IMG/VR virus record: IMGVR_UViG_3300050505_000109
Location: 1-59,022 of that record
Strand: one strand, 5' to 3'
Length of the DNA: 59,022 bases
From: a virus
Lineage: Duplodnaviria > Caudoviricetes
The position numbers were made by a program, and so were the translations under genes. The notes under the pieces are model-generated. The model was not told the origin of the DNA, made no database searches, and saw nothing but the letters and a program-made list of their open reading frames with translations. Position 1 is the first letter of the stretch. Every line of letters starts with the position of its first letter. This document shows positions 29,822-39,490 of this stretch, piece after piece.

Positions 29822-32800
29822 TGTCTGATCTACCGACCTCTATTCCAGGAGCAGGGCTTGACCCATCAGGATTGGGAATGGGCGGTTCAGCACCGCCGGA
29901 GAAGCCTCTTCCTCGGCTGAAGGACCTCTCCGAAGCTCAGTCACTTGCGCCGGGCGACTTCTTCCTTGACCCGTCGGGCACCAAGCGCCAGCGCCCCTAT
30001 GACGTGAAGACACCCCTTGATGTTGAGAGGCTGGTCCCAGAAGGCTCCCACTTTCGCGACCCGACAGGCAAAGTCCGGTTGAAGCCAGAGACAGAGCCCT
30101 TGGATATCGGCGCCCAGGTCCTCTATAGCATGGCCGGCTCTGACAAGGCCCGACGACAACAGGCCCTCGAATATATCTATGGGCGCCATGCTGTAAAGGA
30201 GACGCCCGGCGGTGACTTCCTTGTCCAGGACATTGACAACAAGCGGTGGTTGAAACCAGGGAAAGGGCTGCTTGGGCCAGCAGTGGGGGCGGTAGCAGAA
30301 AGCATCGCCCCGGTAGTGGGTTCAATTGGAGTTGGGATGCTGGGCGCCAGTGTCGGCGCTACCGAGTTTGGCGTCGGTGCTCTCCCCACTGCGGTACTCG
30401 GCGCAGGCAGTGGAGCAGTCGCTGGTGAAGCCTTCAATGATATGATCCTTGGCTTGATGGGGATTAAGTCCTCTGACGATGAGACCCGCCGACGGATGAC
30501 AGAAGCGGCCACTCTTGGAATGGCTGGAGAGGGCGTCGGCCGAGCCGTCGGGGCAGTGGTTCCACCAGCTCTTAAAGCCTTCACTGGGCTCCGCAAAGGC
30601 GTGACTGAAGCCGCAACTAGCGGCGACATCCTACCTCGCGCTGCCCGCTTCGTCCTCGGCGCAGAGGGACCAGAGACCCTTCAGGCTCTAGAGATGACTC
30701 GCAGCGGGACACTGGTTCGGCCGTCGGCTTTCATGCTGGAAGCCCCCTATCTCAAGAAGGTCATCGAAGAGTTCGATCCAGTCTTTCGGCAGCAACAACC
30801 TCTCCGTCAGTCGGCCGCTGAGTTCTATGAACGCAAAGGCGGGGAGCTGGCAGGCAAGCTCGGGATCAATCGAACTACGCCGTTGCTCTCACCGACGGCC
30901 GCCGTCGAAGTTGAGCCTCTCGGGATTGCACTCAAAGAACGCCTCGGGGATGAAGTCGCCGTCGCTAACGACCGGCTGAATCAGGCTATTGCTGCTCGCA
31001 AGGCGGCGGCGCAAGCCTCAGCAGCTGAGGCCCAGACCTTTAAGTCGACCGAACTCTCCGGCCTTCACACTGCCGAGAATGAACTCAGGACGACGGCTCA
31101 ACGAATCGTCGATTCTGGATTCTCCGACGTGAGTAAGTCGGTCCAAGATGCAATGAAGGCAGCCGGGGCGGATCAGCATCCTGGGGCGCTGTGGACTGCG
31201 GCCGGCGACCAGCTCAACAAGATTCATCTCGGGATCGAGACAGTCTCAGCTCGTGGCTACAATGCAGGCCATGCCGCCGCCGGCCCGACGCCGATGGCTC
31301 TATCACCAGCGGTGACTGAAGCTCGGACCTTCCTCTCCACTCTGCCTGAAGGCTTCGAGTCACGGTTCCCCGCCTTGACCAAGGAGCTTGAGACCCTCTC
31401 TACTCCAAGAGGCACCGGCATCGTCGGTCTCGACGGCAAAGAAATCATGCGAGTGCCTGACATCACTCTCGAACAGGCCCACAATCTCCGCAACCTCGCC
31501 CGTGCTCAAACCAATCGGGACATGCCCTACAACGATCTCCTCGAAGGCCGCCGGAAGCATCTCGCCGGGATCGTCAATAAGTGGATGCACGATCCTAGTC
31601 AGCCTCCCGCTGTCAAGGCCGGCGTCGACATCATCGACCGCTGGGACACTTGGTATGCGAAGAACATCGGACGCTTCGATCAGGAAGCAGTCCAGACAAT
31701 CGCGAAGAAGATGAAGGCCGGCTTCGTCGATGATGCCCCCGCACTAGCGAAGCTAGTGCTCGACCCGAATTCCACGGTCAACCGGGAGAATGTGAAGAAG
31801 CTGCTTGGCCCGACGTTGTGGAAGGCAGTCCATGCCGCCGACGTGAGCCGAGTGATTGAATCTAGTCGGGACGCTCTCGGGAAGGTCGACTCGACAACCT
31901 TCGCTCGACAGGTCTTGGATCGAGCCAGGACTAAGCTCTGGGATGAGAGTGACTTGGGGCAACGGACTATCCAACTTGCGAAGCAAGTTGAGGCGATGGC
32001 ACCGAAGGGCCGAATCCCGCTCGACGCGATGCCTGGAGACACTGTTGCCTCACTTCTCCAGAGAGCGAACACCTTCGCTGCTGAGGCCAAGCAGGCCGCC
32101 GCCGTCGATCCAATCAAGCTTCTCAATCAAGAAACCACTAGGATTGAAGCTGAGCGAGCAGCTGCCCAGAAGGAGATGACCGCCGAGTTCAGGAAGAGCC
32201 CGCTGAACTTCCTCACCGAGCCGACTGTAGGCGCCATCGAGGCCGGCGAGCGCATCCTCAATAGCCCTGACCTTACTCTTGCTGTCGCGCATCGCTTCGG
32301 GACAGACTCGCCCGAGTTCAGGATGCTGCGGCAGGCTTATGCTGAGAAGCTGCTTCAGGTCGGCGGCGGTGAAGGCGTCGGCCGAGCCGCCAATATGCTG
32401 CATACTCTCCAGCGTATCCCTGAGTCAGTTCAGCAGATTGTCTTCCCTGGCGTCACGAAAGATGAGGCCCTCACTCTGGCGAAGAATATGTCCTTCCTGC
32501 TTGGTGGGACTGGGGAGACTTTCGGCGGCGGGATTGCAGCGGCCCAGCGGGTCCTCAATCCTGTGCCTGAGCTGCGGCACTTCAGCATGGAGGCTGCCAA
32601 GGTTCTCAGCCGGGTGCCAGGCGGCAATCTAGCCGCTCGTCTCACAATCGGCAAATACTACCAAATCATGACTTGGGCTTTCACTCATCCGAAGTTTGTC
32701 GAGTGGCTGGCGCAGGGACTAGAGAAGGGTCCAGTGGAGAGGGAGACGGCTCGGAAAGCGTTCTGGGAAGCGTCAGGGCTTGGTCGAGACATTGGGGGTG

Positions 32801-32934
32801 CAGTGGGAGCGGGGGTTGGCGTCATGAATGTCGATCAGGCTCAACCACAGGGTCGACGGACAGCTCGACCGACGCCAGCACTTAGGCCAACTGGCAGCTC
32901 GCCCGCCGATCAAACTCTTCGGAGCATCCAGTAG
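29821..32934 (+). CDS. Large internal virion (ejection) protein
   Basis: 1037 aa, helical; glycine-zipper segment; third gene of the ejection cluster. Confidence 0.7.
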   Translation: MSDLPTSIPGAGLDPSGLGMGGSAPPEKPLPRLKDLSEAQSLAPGDFFLDPSGTKRQRPYDVKTPLDVERLVPEGSHFRDPTGKVRLKPETEPLDIGAQVLYSMAGSDKARRQQALEYIYGRHAVKETPGGDFLVQDIDNKRWLKPGKGLLGPAVGAVAESIAPVVGSIGVGMLGASVGATEFGVGALPTAVLGAGSGAVAGEAFNDMILGLMGIKSSDDETRRRMTEAATLGMAGEGVGRAVGAVVPPALKAFTGLRKGVTEAATSGDILPRAARFVLGAEGPETLQALEMTRSGTLVRPSAFMLEAPYLKKVIEEFDPVFRQQQPLRQSAAEFYERKGGELAGKLGINRTTPLLSPTAAVEVEPLGIALKERLGDEVAVANDRLNQAIAARKAAAQASAAEAQTFKSTELSGLHTAENELRTTAQRIVDSGFSDVSKSVQDAMKAAGADQHPGALWTAAGDQLNKIHLGIETVSARGYNAGHAAAGPTPMALSPAVTEARTFLSTLPEGFESRFPALTKELETLSTPRGTGIVGLDGKEIMRVPDITLEQAHNLRNLARAQTNRDMPYNDLLEGRRKHLAGIVNKWMHDPSQPPAVKAGVDIIDRWDTWYAKNIGRFDQEAVQTIAKKMKAGFVDDAPALAKLVLDPNSTVNRENVKKLLGPTLWKAVHAADVSRVIESSRDALGKVDSTTFARQVLDRARTKLWDESDLGQRTIQLAKQVEAMAPKGRIPLDAMPGDTVASLLQRANTFAAEAKQAAAVDPIKLLNQETTRIEAERAAAQKEMTAEFRKSPLNFLTEPTVGAIEAGERILNSPDLTLAVAHRFGTDSPEFRMLRQAYAEKLLQVGGGEGVGRAANMLHTLQRIPESVQQIVFPGVTKDEALTLAKNMSFLLGGTGETFGGGIAAAQRVLNPVPELRHFSMEAAKVLSRVPGGNLAARLTIGKYYQIMTWAFTHPKFVEWLAQGLEKGPVERETARKAFWEASGLGRDIGGAVGAGVGVMNVDQAQPQGRRTARPTPALRPTGSSPADQTLRSIQ

Positions 32935-32938
32935 AGCG

Positions 32939-33325
32939 ATGGCAAATCCTATTGGGCAGCAAGATGATGTCGTCGGCGCTACTGATAAGCTTATGAAAGC
33001 GCTGCTGTCGAAGGCTGAAGCTGACCCGGATAATGTTGATTTCGGACTCCAGTGCGTGCAAGCTGCAACTCGCTGGGTCGCGGTCAAGAACCGCATGAAC
33101 GTGCCTGAAGAAGGGAATGCCTTTGATGGCTGGCGAAGTTCAATCACTAGTGGAGGTGGCTCGGGACCCGGACGAGAGCCCGCCGCCGCCAGTGGCTCGG
33201 CTTCAGGTGCTGAGCGAGCGGCCCCTGGTGTCAAGAAGGGCTCCCGCTCCGGCACAATCGGCGCCAGCCGTCTCCCTGCCATCGACGCCGGCCGCCCCAT
33301 CTCCCTCGGCCCCACTCCTCGCTGA
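32939..33325 (+). CDS. hypothetical protein
   Basis: Helical N-terminal half; C-terminal half overlaps 33117..33560. Confidence 0.55.
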   Translation: MANPIGQQDDVVGATDKLMKALLSKAEADPDNVDFGLQCVQAATRWVAVKNRMNVPEEGNAFDGWRSSITSGGGSGPGREPAAASGSASGAERAAPGVKKGSRSGTIGASRLPAIDAGRPISLGPTPR

Positions 33326-33560
33326 TCGACACGCTGCGCGTGTCGCGGCGGCCCTCGGAACCTTCGATGCGATAGCCAAGGTCCTCTCGACCAGGGCGAT
33401 CCTGCTGCTCAGTGTCGTCGGCGCCTGGGGCCTCGGCTTCCTTGCCGTCAACACCCATGACCTCGGAGCGCTAGGCGCCGCCGCCGGTTTCTGCATCCTT
33501 GTCGTTATTCCCCTTGTTTGGCTCGACCACACCACCAGGAGACCCACCCCAGGAGGCTAA
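33117..33560 (+). CDS. Two-TM membrane protein (holin-like candidate)
   Basis: AILLLSVVGAWGLGFLAV and LGAAAGFCILVVIPLVWL. Confidence 0.6.
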   Translation: MPLMAGEVQSLVEVARDPDESPPPPVARLQVLSERPLVSRRAPAPAQSAPAVSLPSTPAAPSPSAPLLADRHAARVAAALGTFDAIAKVLSTRAILLLSVVGAWGLGFLAVNTHDLGALGAAAGFCILVVIPLVWLDHTTRRPTPGG

Positions 33561-33564
33561 TCCC

Positions 33565-34746
33565 ATGCGTAAGCACGTTATCGGAGGTATTGCTCTAGCA
33601 GCACTCCTCGCCATCAGCTCAGTCGTCTTCCTCACTCCTCACTCAGCCGAAAGCCAAGTCACCGGCGCCTGCCCCGCTAATCAGTTCGTCAGCGTCATTG
33701 GCAGCAGCATCCCCGCCCAAGCCTGCTCTCAGCCGACGGTCTCGAATCTCTCCGGTATCCTCCCAGCAACCTCAGGCGGCACCGGCGTCAATAACGGCGC
33801 CAACACGATTACGCTTGGCGGTGCCCTAGTCACTGGCGGCGCCTTCACGCAGAGTGGCGCCTTCGCCACGACGATCACTTCGACGGCGACGACGAACTCG
33901 ACTCTGCCCTCTGGGACCCACAACCTAGCCCCCCTCGATAGCCCAAGCTTCACGACGCCGACGCTCGGCGTCGCCACTGCGACCAGCCTGAACGGCAACA
34001 CCTTCACGACCGGCACCTACACGCTGACTGGGACCGCCGGCAAGACACTGACCTTCACCAACAACTCGACGTTGTCGAGTGTTGATGGCAAGACACTCAC
34101 GTTCAACAACAACCTGACGCTCGCCGGGACTGATGGTCAGACGATGACCTTCCCGGCGACCTCAGCAACGATTGCTCGAACGGATGCTGGGCAGACCTTC
34201 ACTGGAGTCCAGACATTCTCGTCGGCGATCACTCCGACGGGCGGTGTCAGCCCCGCCGGCGGCTTCACTGTAAGCCCCCGTAACATCTCAACTTGCAACG
34301 TCACGCCGTCATCTGAGACTGTGACCGGCGCCTTCACCGCTCAGACTCCTGTCAACACTGAAGTCTACATTGCTGAAGTCACCGTGCCCTACAACGTGAC
34401 TGTGACAGGAGTGGCCGTACTCAATAGCTCGACCCTCTCGGGCAACCTCAAGGTCGGCCTCGCCAACAGTGCCGGGACTGTTGTAGCAACGTCGGCGTCG
34501 ACCGCCAATGCTGGCTCAGCCGTTTATCAGCTCGTGCCTTTCACCGGGACCTACGCCGCTGTTGGACCAGCGACCTACTATGTGCTGACCTTCTACGACA
34601 ACAACACTGTCAGGCCGAATGCTCTCACCGTCGGGAGCTGCGGCGTCGCCAAGCAGACCGGCCAGACCTATGCGACTGGCTTCACGACGATCACGCCGCC
34701 GACGACTTTCACGACGGCTCTTGGACCAGTGGCGAACCTCTACTAG
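33565..34746 (+). CDS. Tail-fibre-like protein with N-terminal signal peptide
   Basis: AGGAGG SD; MRKHVIGGIALAALLAISSVVFLTPHSAES/Q; GGTG.NNG..TITLGG, SP.FTTP.LG and GKTLTF repeats. Confidence 0.78.
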   Translation: MRKHVIGGIALAALLAISSVVFLTPHSAESQVTGACPANQFVSVIGSSIPAQACSQPTVSNLSGILPATSGGTGVNNGANTITLGGALVTGGAFTQSGAFATTITSTATTNSTLPSGTHNLAPLDSPSFTTPTLGVATATSLNGNTFTTGTYTLTGTAGKTLTFTNNSTLSSVDGKTLTFNNNLTLAGTDGQTMTFPATSATIARTDAGQTFTGVQTFSSAITPTGGVSPAGGFTVSPRNISTCNVTPSSETVTGAFTAQTPVNTEVYIAEVTVPYNVTVTGVAVLNSSTLSGNLKVGLANSAGTVVATSASTANAGSAVYQLVPFTGTYAAVGPATYYVLTFYDNNTVRPNALTVGSCGVAKQTGQTYATGFTTITPPTTFTTALGPVANLY

Positions 34747-34756
34747 AGCCACCCCT

Positions 34757-36643
34757 ATGAGGCGCTTCTGGCTGTTACTTGGGCTACTGTTGCTGCCGCT
34801 TGATGAAGTGGCGGCGCAGGGCGTTGTCAGCCAAGCCAACAGTGTTGTCGTTGGGCATCTGCCTGTCTGGGCAGTGAATCGAGTGGTGCGGGATGCCGGC
34901 TCTGCCGACGGCACTGGGCCAGGGATCACTGAACTCCTCCAAATCAATCCAATCACTCCAGCCGGGACTGGCCCCGACGGCACCCATAATTGCTTCTACG
35001 ATGGGCCAAAGACCGCCGGGTATCACTTCCTCTGCTTCGACGCAAATGCGCTCGGGGGCGGCCTGATCGACTACGGCGCCGCCAACGGGGCTCCTCTCCA
35101 GCAGCTTGCCTGCCGCATCAACGGGAACACCTACAGCTGCGTCAACACCGGCAATGGCAATGTCGTCGGGCCGAACTCCTCCACGACTGGGAACCTCGCC
35201 GCCTTCAACTCCTCCAACGGCCAGCTTCTCGCGGATTTTGCACTTCCGATCAGCACGATCACCAAAGGCAAGATCGGCTTCTGGGTGACAGATGCCTCCA
35301 CTAACCCGACGGTTCCAGGCCATGTCGTCACGCCTGATAACAGCGTGGTGAACTGCGCCGGGACGACTTCGAATTGCTTCAATGAGACTCTCGCCAAGCT
35401 CCGCACTGCCCCCAATCCGTCGATTGAATTCGCTGGCAGTGGTGAGACTCTCGCGAATATTCAAATTACGACCAGCGGCTCCATCACCGTCCCCTACCTC
35501 CGTAACCAGACTGTCCACGGTTATGGAGCTGGCATCTACAGCACCGCGAATAATTTGCCGGCACTCACCCTCGACAGCATGGCAGAGGGCTCCTTCATCA
35601 TAGAAGGCGGACAGATTGCTGGAGCTAGCGGGACCACCGCTACTGCTCCGAGTGCTGCCGTCCAGATTCATCCTCATACAACTGTCCAGCCCGAGAACAT
35701 CACCGCTGTCTTCAGCAGTATCATCCAGCTCGGTAACCTTTCTCTGAACACCAGCCTTGGTTCAGCTAATCAGACCCTCTTCCTCAACATGACCGACGGC
35801 GGCTTCATCGGGAATACGCTTTCTGCGATTGAGGTCAACTGCACTGGGAATGGCGCCGGTGGGGTAGCAGCTATTGGGGCACTGGTATCTGCACCGACGC
35901 CGACGATCAGCTTCACTCACAACAATATCCACATCGGCACAATCCATCAGTGCCCTGGAGCTGCTTGGCAGGAAGGAGTCAATGCCGGCGAAGGTGCAAA
36001 CATTTGGGGCAACATCATCACAATTGATAAGATTGCCCCAAATGGTGCCTCTTCGACTGGATTCAGCACCTATGCTAGCAACGATACAATCACGATCAAT
36101 GTGAGTGACGAGGAAGGCCCTGTCGGGACTTGTCTCACTCTACAAAGTAGCGCAACTAATAACAAGGTCCAGCTCGACTGCGCCGCCGGCGCTACCACAA
36201 TCACAAATGGAGTCACGCTCGGCGCTGGCGCCACCGGCAACACTATCGCGATGACCGGCCGTGGCACCATCACGACGTTGTTCAATGATGTCAGCGGCGG
36301 CGTGAACACCTATTCCTACAACGGGAATGTCATCCAGGAGTTCAAGGGCGTCGGCGGGACACAGCAGTTCAACTATCAGACGCCGACGAGCGCCACTAAT
36401 GGCACTCTGCTATCAGGGTCTACGAATTCAGCTGGGACAATTCAGCTCTCCGGCTCACACTCATCTGTTCAGGTCAGCTTCTCCGTCACTTTTCATGCGG
36501 CAGCTACATGCTTCTGGCAGACAAACCAACCAGGGACTTATCTCAGCACGAGCGCAAGCTCGAACACCTCAGCCACCGCCGCCTCAAATATTGCGATGCC
36601 GAATAATGCACTGGTGGCTTATCAGTGTCATGGAGGTGCCTAG
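34757..36643 (+). CDS. Tailspike/fibre-like protein (probable beta-helix) with N-terminal signal peptide
   Basis: MRRFWLLLGLLLLPLDEVAA/Q; GNVVGP.SST.GNLA.FN fibre motif; N/I/T-ladder repeats; 12 Cys. Confidence 0.75.
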   Translation: MRRFWLLLGLLLLPLDEVAAQGVVSQANSVVVGHLPVWAVNRVVRDAGSADGTGPGITELLQINPITPAGTGPDGTHNCFYDGPKTAGYHFLCFDANALGGGLIDYGAANGAPLQQLACRINGNTYSCVNTGNGNVVGPNSSTTGNLAAFNSSNGQLLADFALPISTITKGKIGFWVTDASTNPTVPGHVVTPDNSVVNCAGTTSNCFNETLAKLRTAPNPSIEFAGSGETLANIQITTSGSITVPYLRNQTVHGYGAGIYSTANNLPALTLDSMAEGSFIIEGGQIAGASGTTATAPSAAVQIHPHTTVQPENITAVFSSIIQLGNLSLNTSLGSANQTLFLNMTDGGFIGNTLSAIEVNCTGNGAGGVAAIGALVSAPTPTISFTHNNIHIGTIHQCPGAAWQEGVNAGEGANIWGNIITIDKIAPNGASSTGFSTYASNDTITINVSDEEGPVGTCLTLQSSATNNKVQLDCAAGATTITNGVTLGAGATGNTIAMTGRGTITTLFNDVSGGVNTYSYNGNVIQEFKGVGGTQQFNYQTPTSATNGTLLSGSTNSAGTIQLSGSHSSVQVSFSVTFHAAATCFWQTNQPGTYLSTSASSNTSATAASNIAMPNNALVAYQCHGGA

Positions 36644-36645
36644 CA

Positions 36646-37056
36646 GTGTCGATGCCGGATGAAGACAATGAGGTTCAAGTCCGTCCAAATGGACGGACGG
36701 TGGTGGCGCTAGCGGAGAGGCTTGCTGTTGTTGAGACGAAGGTCGATGGGCTCAAGGAGGATTCCGTTGTCATCCGAGCCACTCACCATGAGATCAATAA
36801 TCGGATGCAGGAGTTCGTCGCTGCCGAGAAGCTCTGCGCGGCGAACCTCGGCACTCTAATCTCAGCTCAAAGCACTACGAACTCTCAGATCGCTAAGCTC
36901 ACTACGACAGTCGAAGAACTCCTCTTGGTGAAGGCAAGAGTAGAAGGTGGGTGGAAGGCGATAGTGAAGGTGGGAGCCTTTGCTGGAGCTGTGGTGACAG
37001 CGATGGCTGGAGTCATAGTCTACGCGATTGAGCATCTCTCAGTCCGGCTGAATTGA
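36646..37056 (+). CDS. Coiled-coil protein with C-terminal TM (XhlA-like holin candidate)
   Basis: ERLAVVETKVD coiled coil; GGWKAIVKVGAFAGAVVTAMAGVIVY TM; upstream of the endolysin. Confidence 0.6.
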   Translation: MSMPDEDNEVQVRPNGRTVVALAERLAVVETKVDGLKEDSVVIRATHHEINNRMQEFVAAEKLCAANLGTLISAQSTTNSQIAKLTTTVEELLLVKARVEGGWKAIVKVGAFAGAVVTAMAGVIVYAIEHLSVRLN

Positions 37057-37268
37057 TGGCCGAGCCGCTCAAAGAGCACTGTCAGGCTTGCATTGGAGAG
37101 GGCATCATCCTCCATGTTAAGCGGAAGATGGCCAATGGAGAGCCTGACCCGTCGGACCTGAAGATGTTCGACCTCTGTGAGAAATGTAGCGGGAGCGGCC
37201 GAATTCTGTTAGATAAGAGCCGGATTAAAGAGCCGGGGAATATTGCGGATAAGGCGGTGGTGACATGA
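37053..37268 (+). CDS. Small DnaJ-type CxxCxGxG zinc-finger protein
   Basis: CQACIGEG and CEKCSGSG. Confidence 0.7.
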   Translation: MMAEPLKEHCQACIGEGIILHVKRKMANGEPDPSDLKMFDLCEKCSGSGRILLDKSRIKEPGNIADKAVVT

Positions 37269-37915
37269 GCGACAGGCCGTTTGATATGCCGGATGCTTCA
37301 CACAGCTTTGCTGTACGGGGGGCGTGGCTGGTACAGCGGTTTACGGAAGACCTCCAGCTTGGGGCAACGTTCAGGGGAGGTGGGATTGTTGGGAATCTGG
37401 GATTCGAGAGCGGTGGGCTCAAGATTATGCAGGAGCAGCACCCGATCTCAGGGAAAGGTGGGTGGGGGTGGGAGCAGGCGACAGGACCTCGGCGGCGCGC
37501 AATGGAGGCGTGGGCAGCCGCCAAGGGCTTCGATCTCTCAGGGGATCAGGCGAACTACGGCTTCATCCTGGTGGAGCTGCAAGGCAGCTTCGCCTTCGTC
37601 GTCACCCGGCTCCGGGCCGCGACGACGTTGGAGCAGGCCGTGCTGGCCTTCGGGATTTATGATGAGGCGCCCGCCGGCACCTCTCCAGGCCATCTCCCTG
37701 GCTACCTCGACCGGCTTACCTACGCCCGGCAGGCAATGGCCGCCCTCGACCCAGCCACCCCATCGACGCCGCCCCCTGTCGACGCCGCCATCCCCACCGC
37801 CATCCGAGAGCTTCAAACCGCCCTCCAGACACTGGGCCTCTATCATGGCGCAATCGACGGCGACTTCGGCCCTCAGACCACCGCTGCCCTCCAGGCATGG
37901 CGGGCCACCTTATAA
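37265..37915 (+). CDS. Endolysin: phage-tail-lysozyme-type domain plus C-terminal peptidoglycan-binding domain
   Basis: GIVGNLGFESGG, GWGWEQ.TGPRR, ANYGF...EL; IRELQTAL..LG.Y.GAIDGDFGPQT..AL. Confidence 0.88.
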   Translation: MSDRPFDMPDASHSFAVRGAWLVQRFTEDLQLGATFRGGGIVGNLGFESGGLKIMQEQHPISGKGGWGWEQATGPRRRAMEAWAAAKGFDLSGDQANYGFILVELQGSFAFVVTRLRAATTLEQAVLAFGIYDEAPAGTSPGHLPGYLDRLTYARQAMAALDPATPSTPPPVDAAIPTAIRELQTALQTLGLYHGAIDGDFGPQTTAALQAWRATL

Positions 37916-38043
37916 TGCAAGAGGCCCTCAACAAGCTGACCACTGTTGTCATTACTGTTGCTGTTGTCAGCCTCTTCATCTACGGTCCAGGCCGCACTCT
38001 GATTTGGCCCTGGTTTCTTTGGCAACTGATCTACGGAGGATAG
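37915..38043 (+). CDS. 42-aa membrane peptide (lysis accessory candidate)
   Basis: TAATG coupling; MQEALNKLTTVVITVAVVSLFIYGPGRTLIWPWFLWQLIYGG. Confidence 0.55.
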   Translation: MQEALNKLTTVVITVAVVSLFIYGPGRTLIWPWFLWQLIYGG

Positions 38044-38047
38044 AATT

Positions 38048-38503
38048 ATGAAGAAGTTTATCGTCGGGGCCGGGCTGGTCTTATTGCTGCTACAAGGATG
38101 CGGCGGCGTCGGTCAGTCTGAGTCGAGCCGGATCACGACGGTCTTGACCCAGCTCGGCAATACTCTGGTGGCGGACTTGGCTCAGCAGAAAGCGATTGCC
38201 TTGGCTGCGACGCCGCCAGACACCGATGGCGCGACTTGTGCCGACGGCGCAGCTACCGTGGCCGCCGCGATCCAGAAGGTCGCCGCTGTCACCGCCGGCA
38301 AGACCGTCGGCGCCTTCAGCGTAGCCGAGATCGCCTCGCTCTATCAGCCTGGAAGCGCGCAGTTCAACTGGGCCGTGAAGACGCTGGAAGCAGCCTGCAT
38401 CGCTAAAATCCACGATACTAACCAAGCTATTAACAGCACAGCTGGAATTATCACAGCTCTTCCATCGGTTCTGGTTCTAGCGGGTGCTCCAATAGGAGCC
38501 TAG
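38048..38503 (+). CDS. Lipoprotein (spanin-like candidate)
   Basis: GGAGG SD; MKKFIVGAGLVLLLLQG/C lipobox; hydrophobic C-terminus. Confidence 0.75.
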   Translation: MKKFIVGAGLVLLLLQGCGGVGQSESSRITTVLTQLGNTLVADLAQQKAIALAATPPDTDGATCADGAATVAAAIQKVAAVTAGKTVGAFSVAEIASLYQPGSAQFNWAVKTLEAACIAKIHDTNQAINSTAGIITALPSVLVLAGAPIGA

Positions 38504-38639
38504 TTCTACCTTGAACGATGGCGTGAATTGTTCCAACGTGAACGCCGAAGCGCTCAGCGGTGACACGAGCAACGATGCCATGCCCGTGATTGCTGACTTC
38601 ATAGGGCCAATTTGGTATGCTGCGCCATTCCTCTTGCAT
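38451..38639 (-). pseudogene. Internally deleted NUMOD4-HNH homing endonuclease remnant
   Basis: NUMOD4 start EEWRSIPNWPYEVSNHG joined directly to the C-terminal HTH AERFGVHVGTIHAIVQGRT; no HNH core. Confidence 0.7.
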
Positions 38640-38680
38640 CACGAGACAGTACACGACGTGAACAGCGAAAGCAACTGAAA

Positions 38681-39370
38681 ATGATTAACATCGCCCTCAT
38701 CAATCGCACAGCTCGAATCCGGGACGCTCGATTCCAGAGCATCCTGGCAGGACTTCAGGCTCAGATCACCGAGGACTTTGCGCCGGCGTGGGGCCTTGGC
38801 GAGGAGAGCATTGTCCTCCACTTTGTCGGCCGTCGGCAGCAGCCTGACCCAACGCACTGGAAGTGCTGGCTCCTCAACAACAGCGATGACGCCGGCGCCC
38901 TCGGCTACCATGAAGACGATACCGGCACTCCAGAGGCGAAAATCTTCGTCGAAGAGGACCTCCGCTACGGTGCGTCAATTAGCGTCACGATCAGCCATGA
39001 GCTGTTGGAGATGCTGGCTGACCCTCAGACGACAAGGATGGGGCCAACAATCGACGGCGCCGCTTATATCGTAGAGGTGTGCGACGCCGTCGAAGCCGAT
39101 GGGGATGGCTACATCAAGAACGGCGTCCTCGTCAGCAACTTCGTCCTGCCGACTTACTACGAGCCTAGCGCACTGAGGCCGTTCGATTTCAGGTCGCTGC
39201 TGACTGCACCGTGCCCGGCACTTCGGCCCGGCGGTTATATCATGTTCCTCAAAGATGGAACGTGGCAGTCAAAGATGGCTCGATATGAGGACGGTAGTCT
39301 GTCTCATCGAGCTATCCGGCCTTGGGGAAGAAGCTGGAAGCGGGCATCGAAGGGAGCCACTGGGCCATGA
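38681..39370 (+). CDS. Putative zinc metallopeptidase
   Basis: GALGYH, TISHELLEMLADP, EVCDAVE, VSNFVLP. Confidence 0.72.
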   Translation: MINIALINRTARIRDARFQSILAGLQAQITEDFAPAWGLGEESIVLHFVGRRQQPDPTHWKCWLLNNSDDAGALGYHEDDTGTPEAKIFVEEDLRYGASISVTISHELLEMLADPQTTRMGPTIDGAAYIVEVCDAVEADGDGYIKNGVLVSNFVLPTYYEPSALRPFDFRSLLTAPCPALRPGGYIMFLKDGTWQSKMARYEDGSLSHRAIRPWGRSWKRASKGATGP

Positions 39371-39490
39371 CGGAACGGCCTTAGTATGCCTTAGCGACTT
39401 ACTTCGACCCGAAACCGTATAGGCGAAGGCCGAAGTAGGGCTATCAGTCTTCGCCTATGGCGAAGAGAGCACATTCAGAAGGAGGCGCCG

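Noticed and set aside
29821-32934. Tape measure protein
   Set aside because: No tail tube, sheath or tail chaperone genes; the context (gp13-like gene, lysozyme-bearing neighbour) fits ejection proteins
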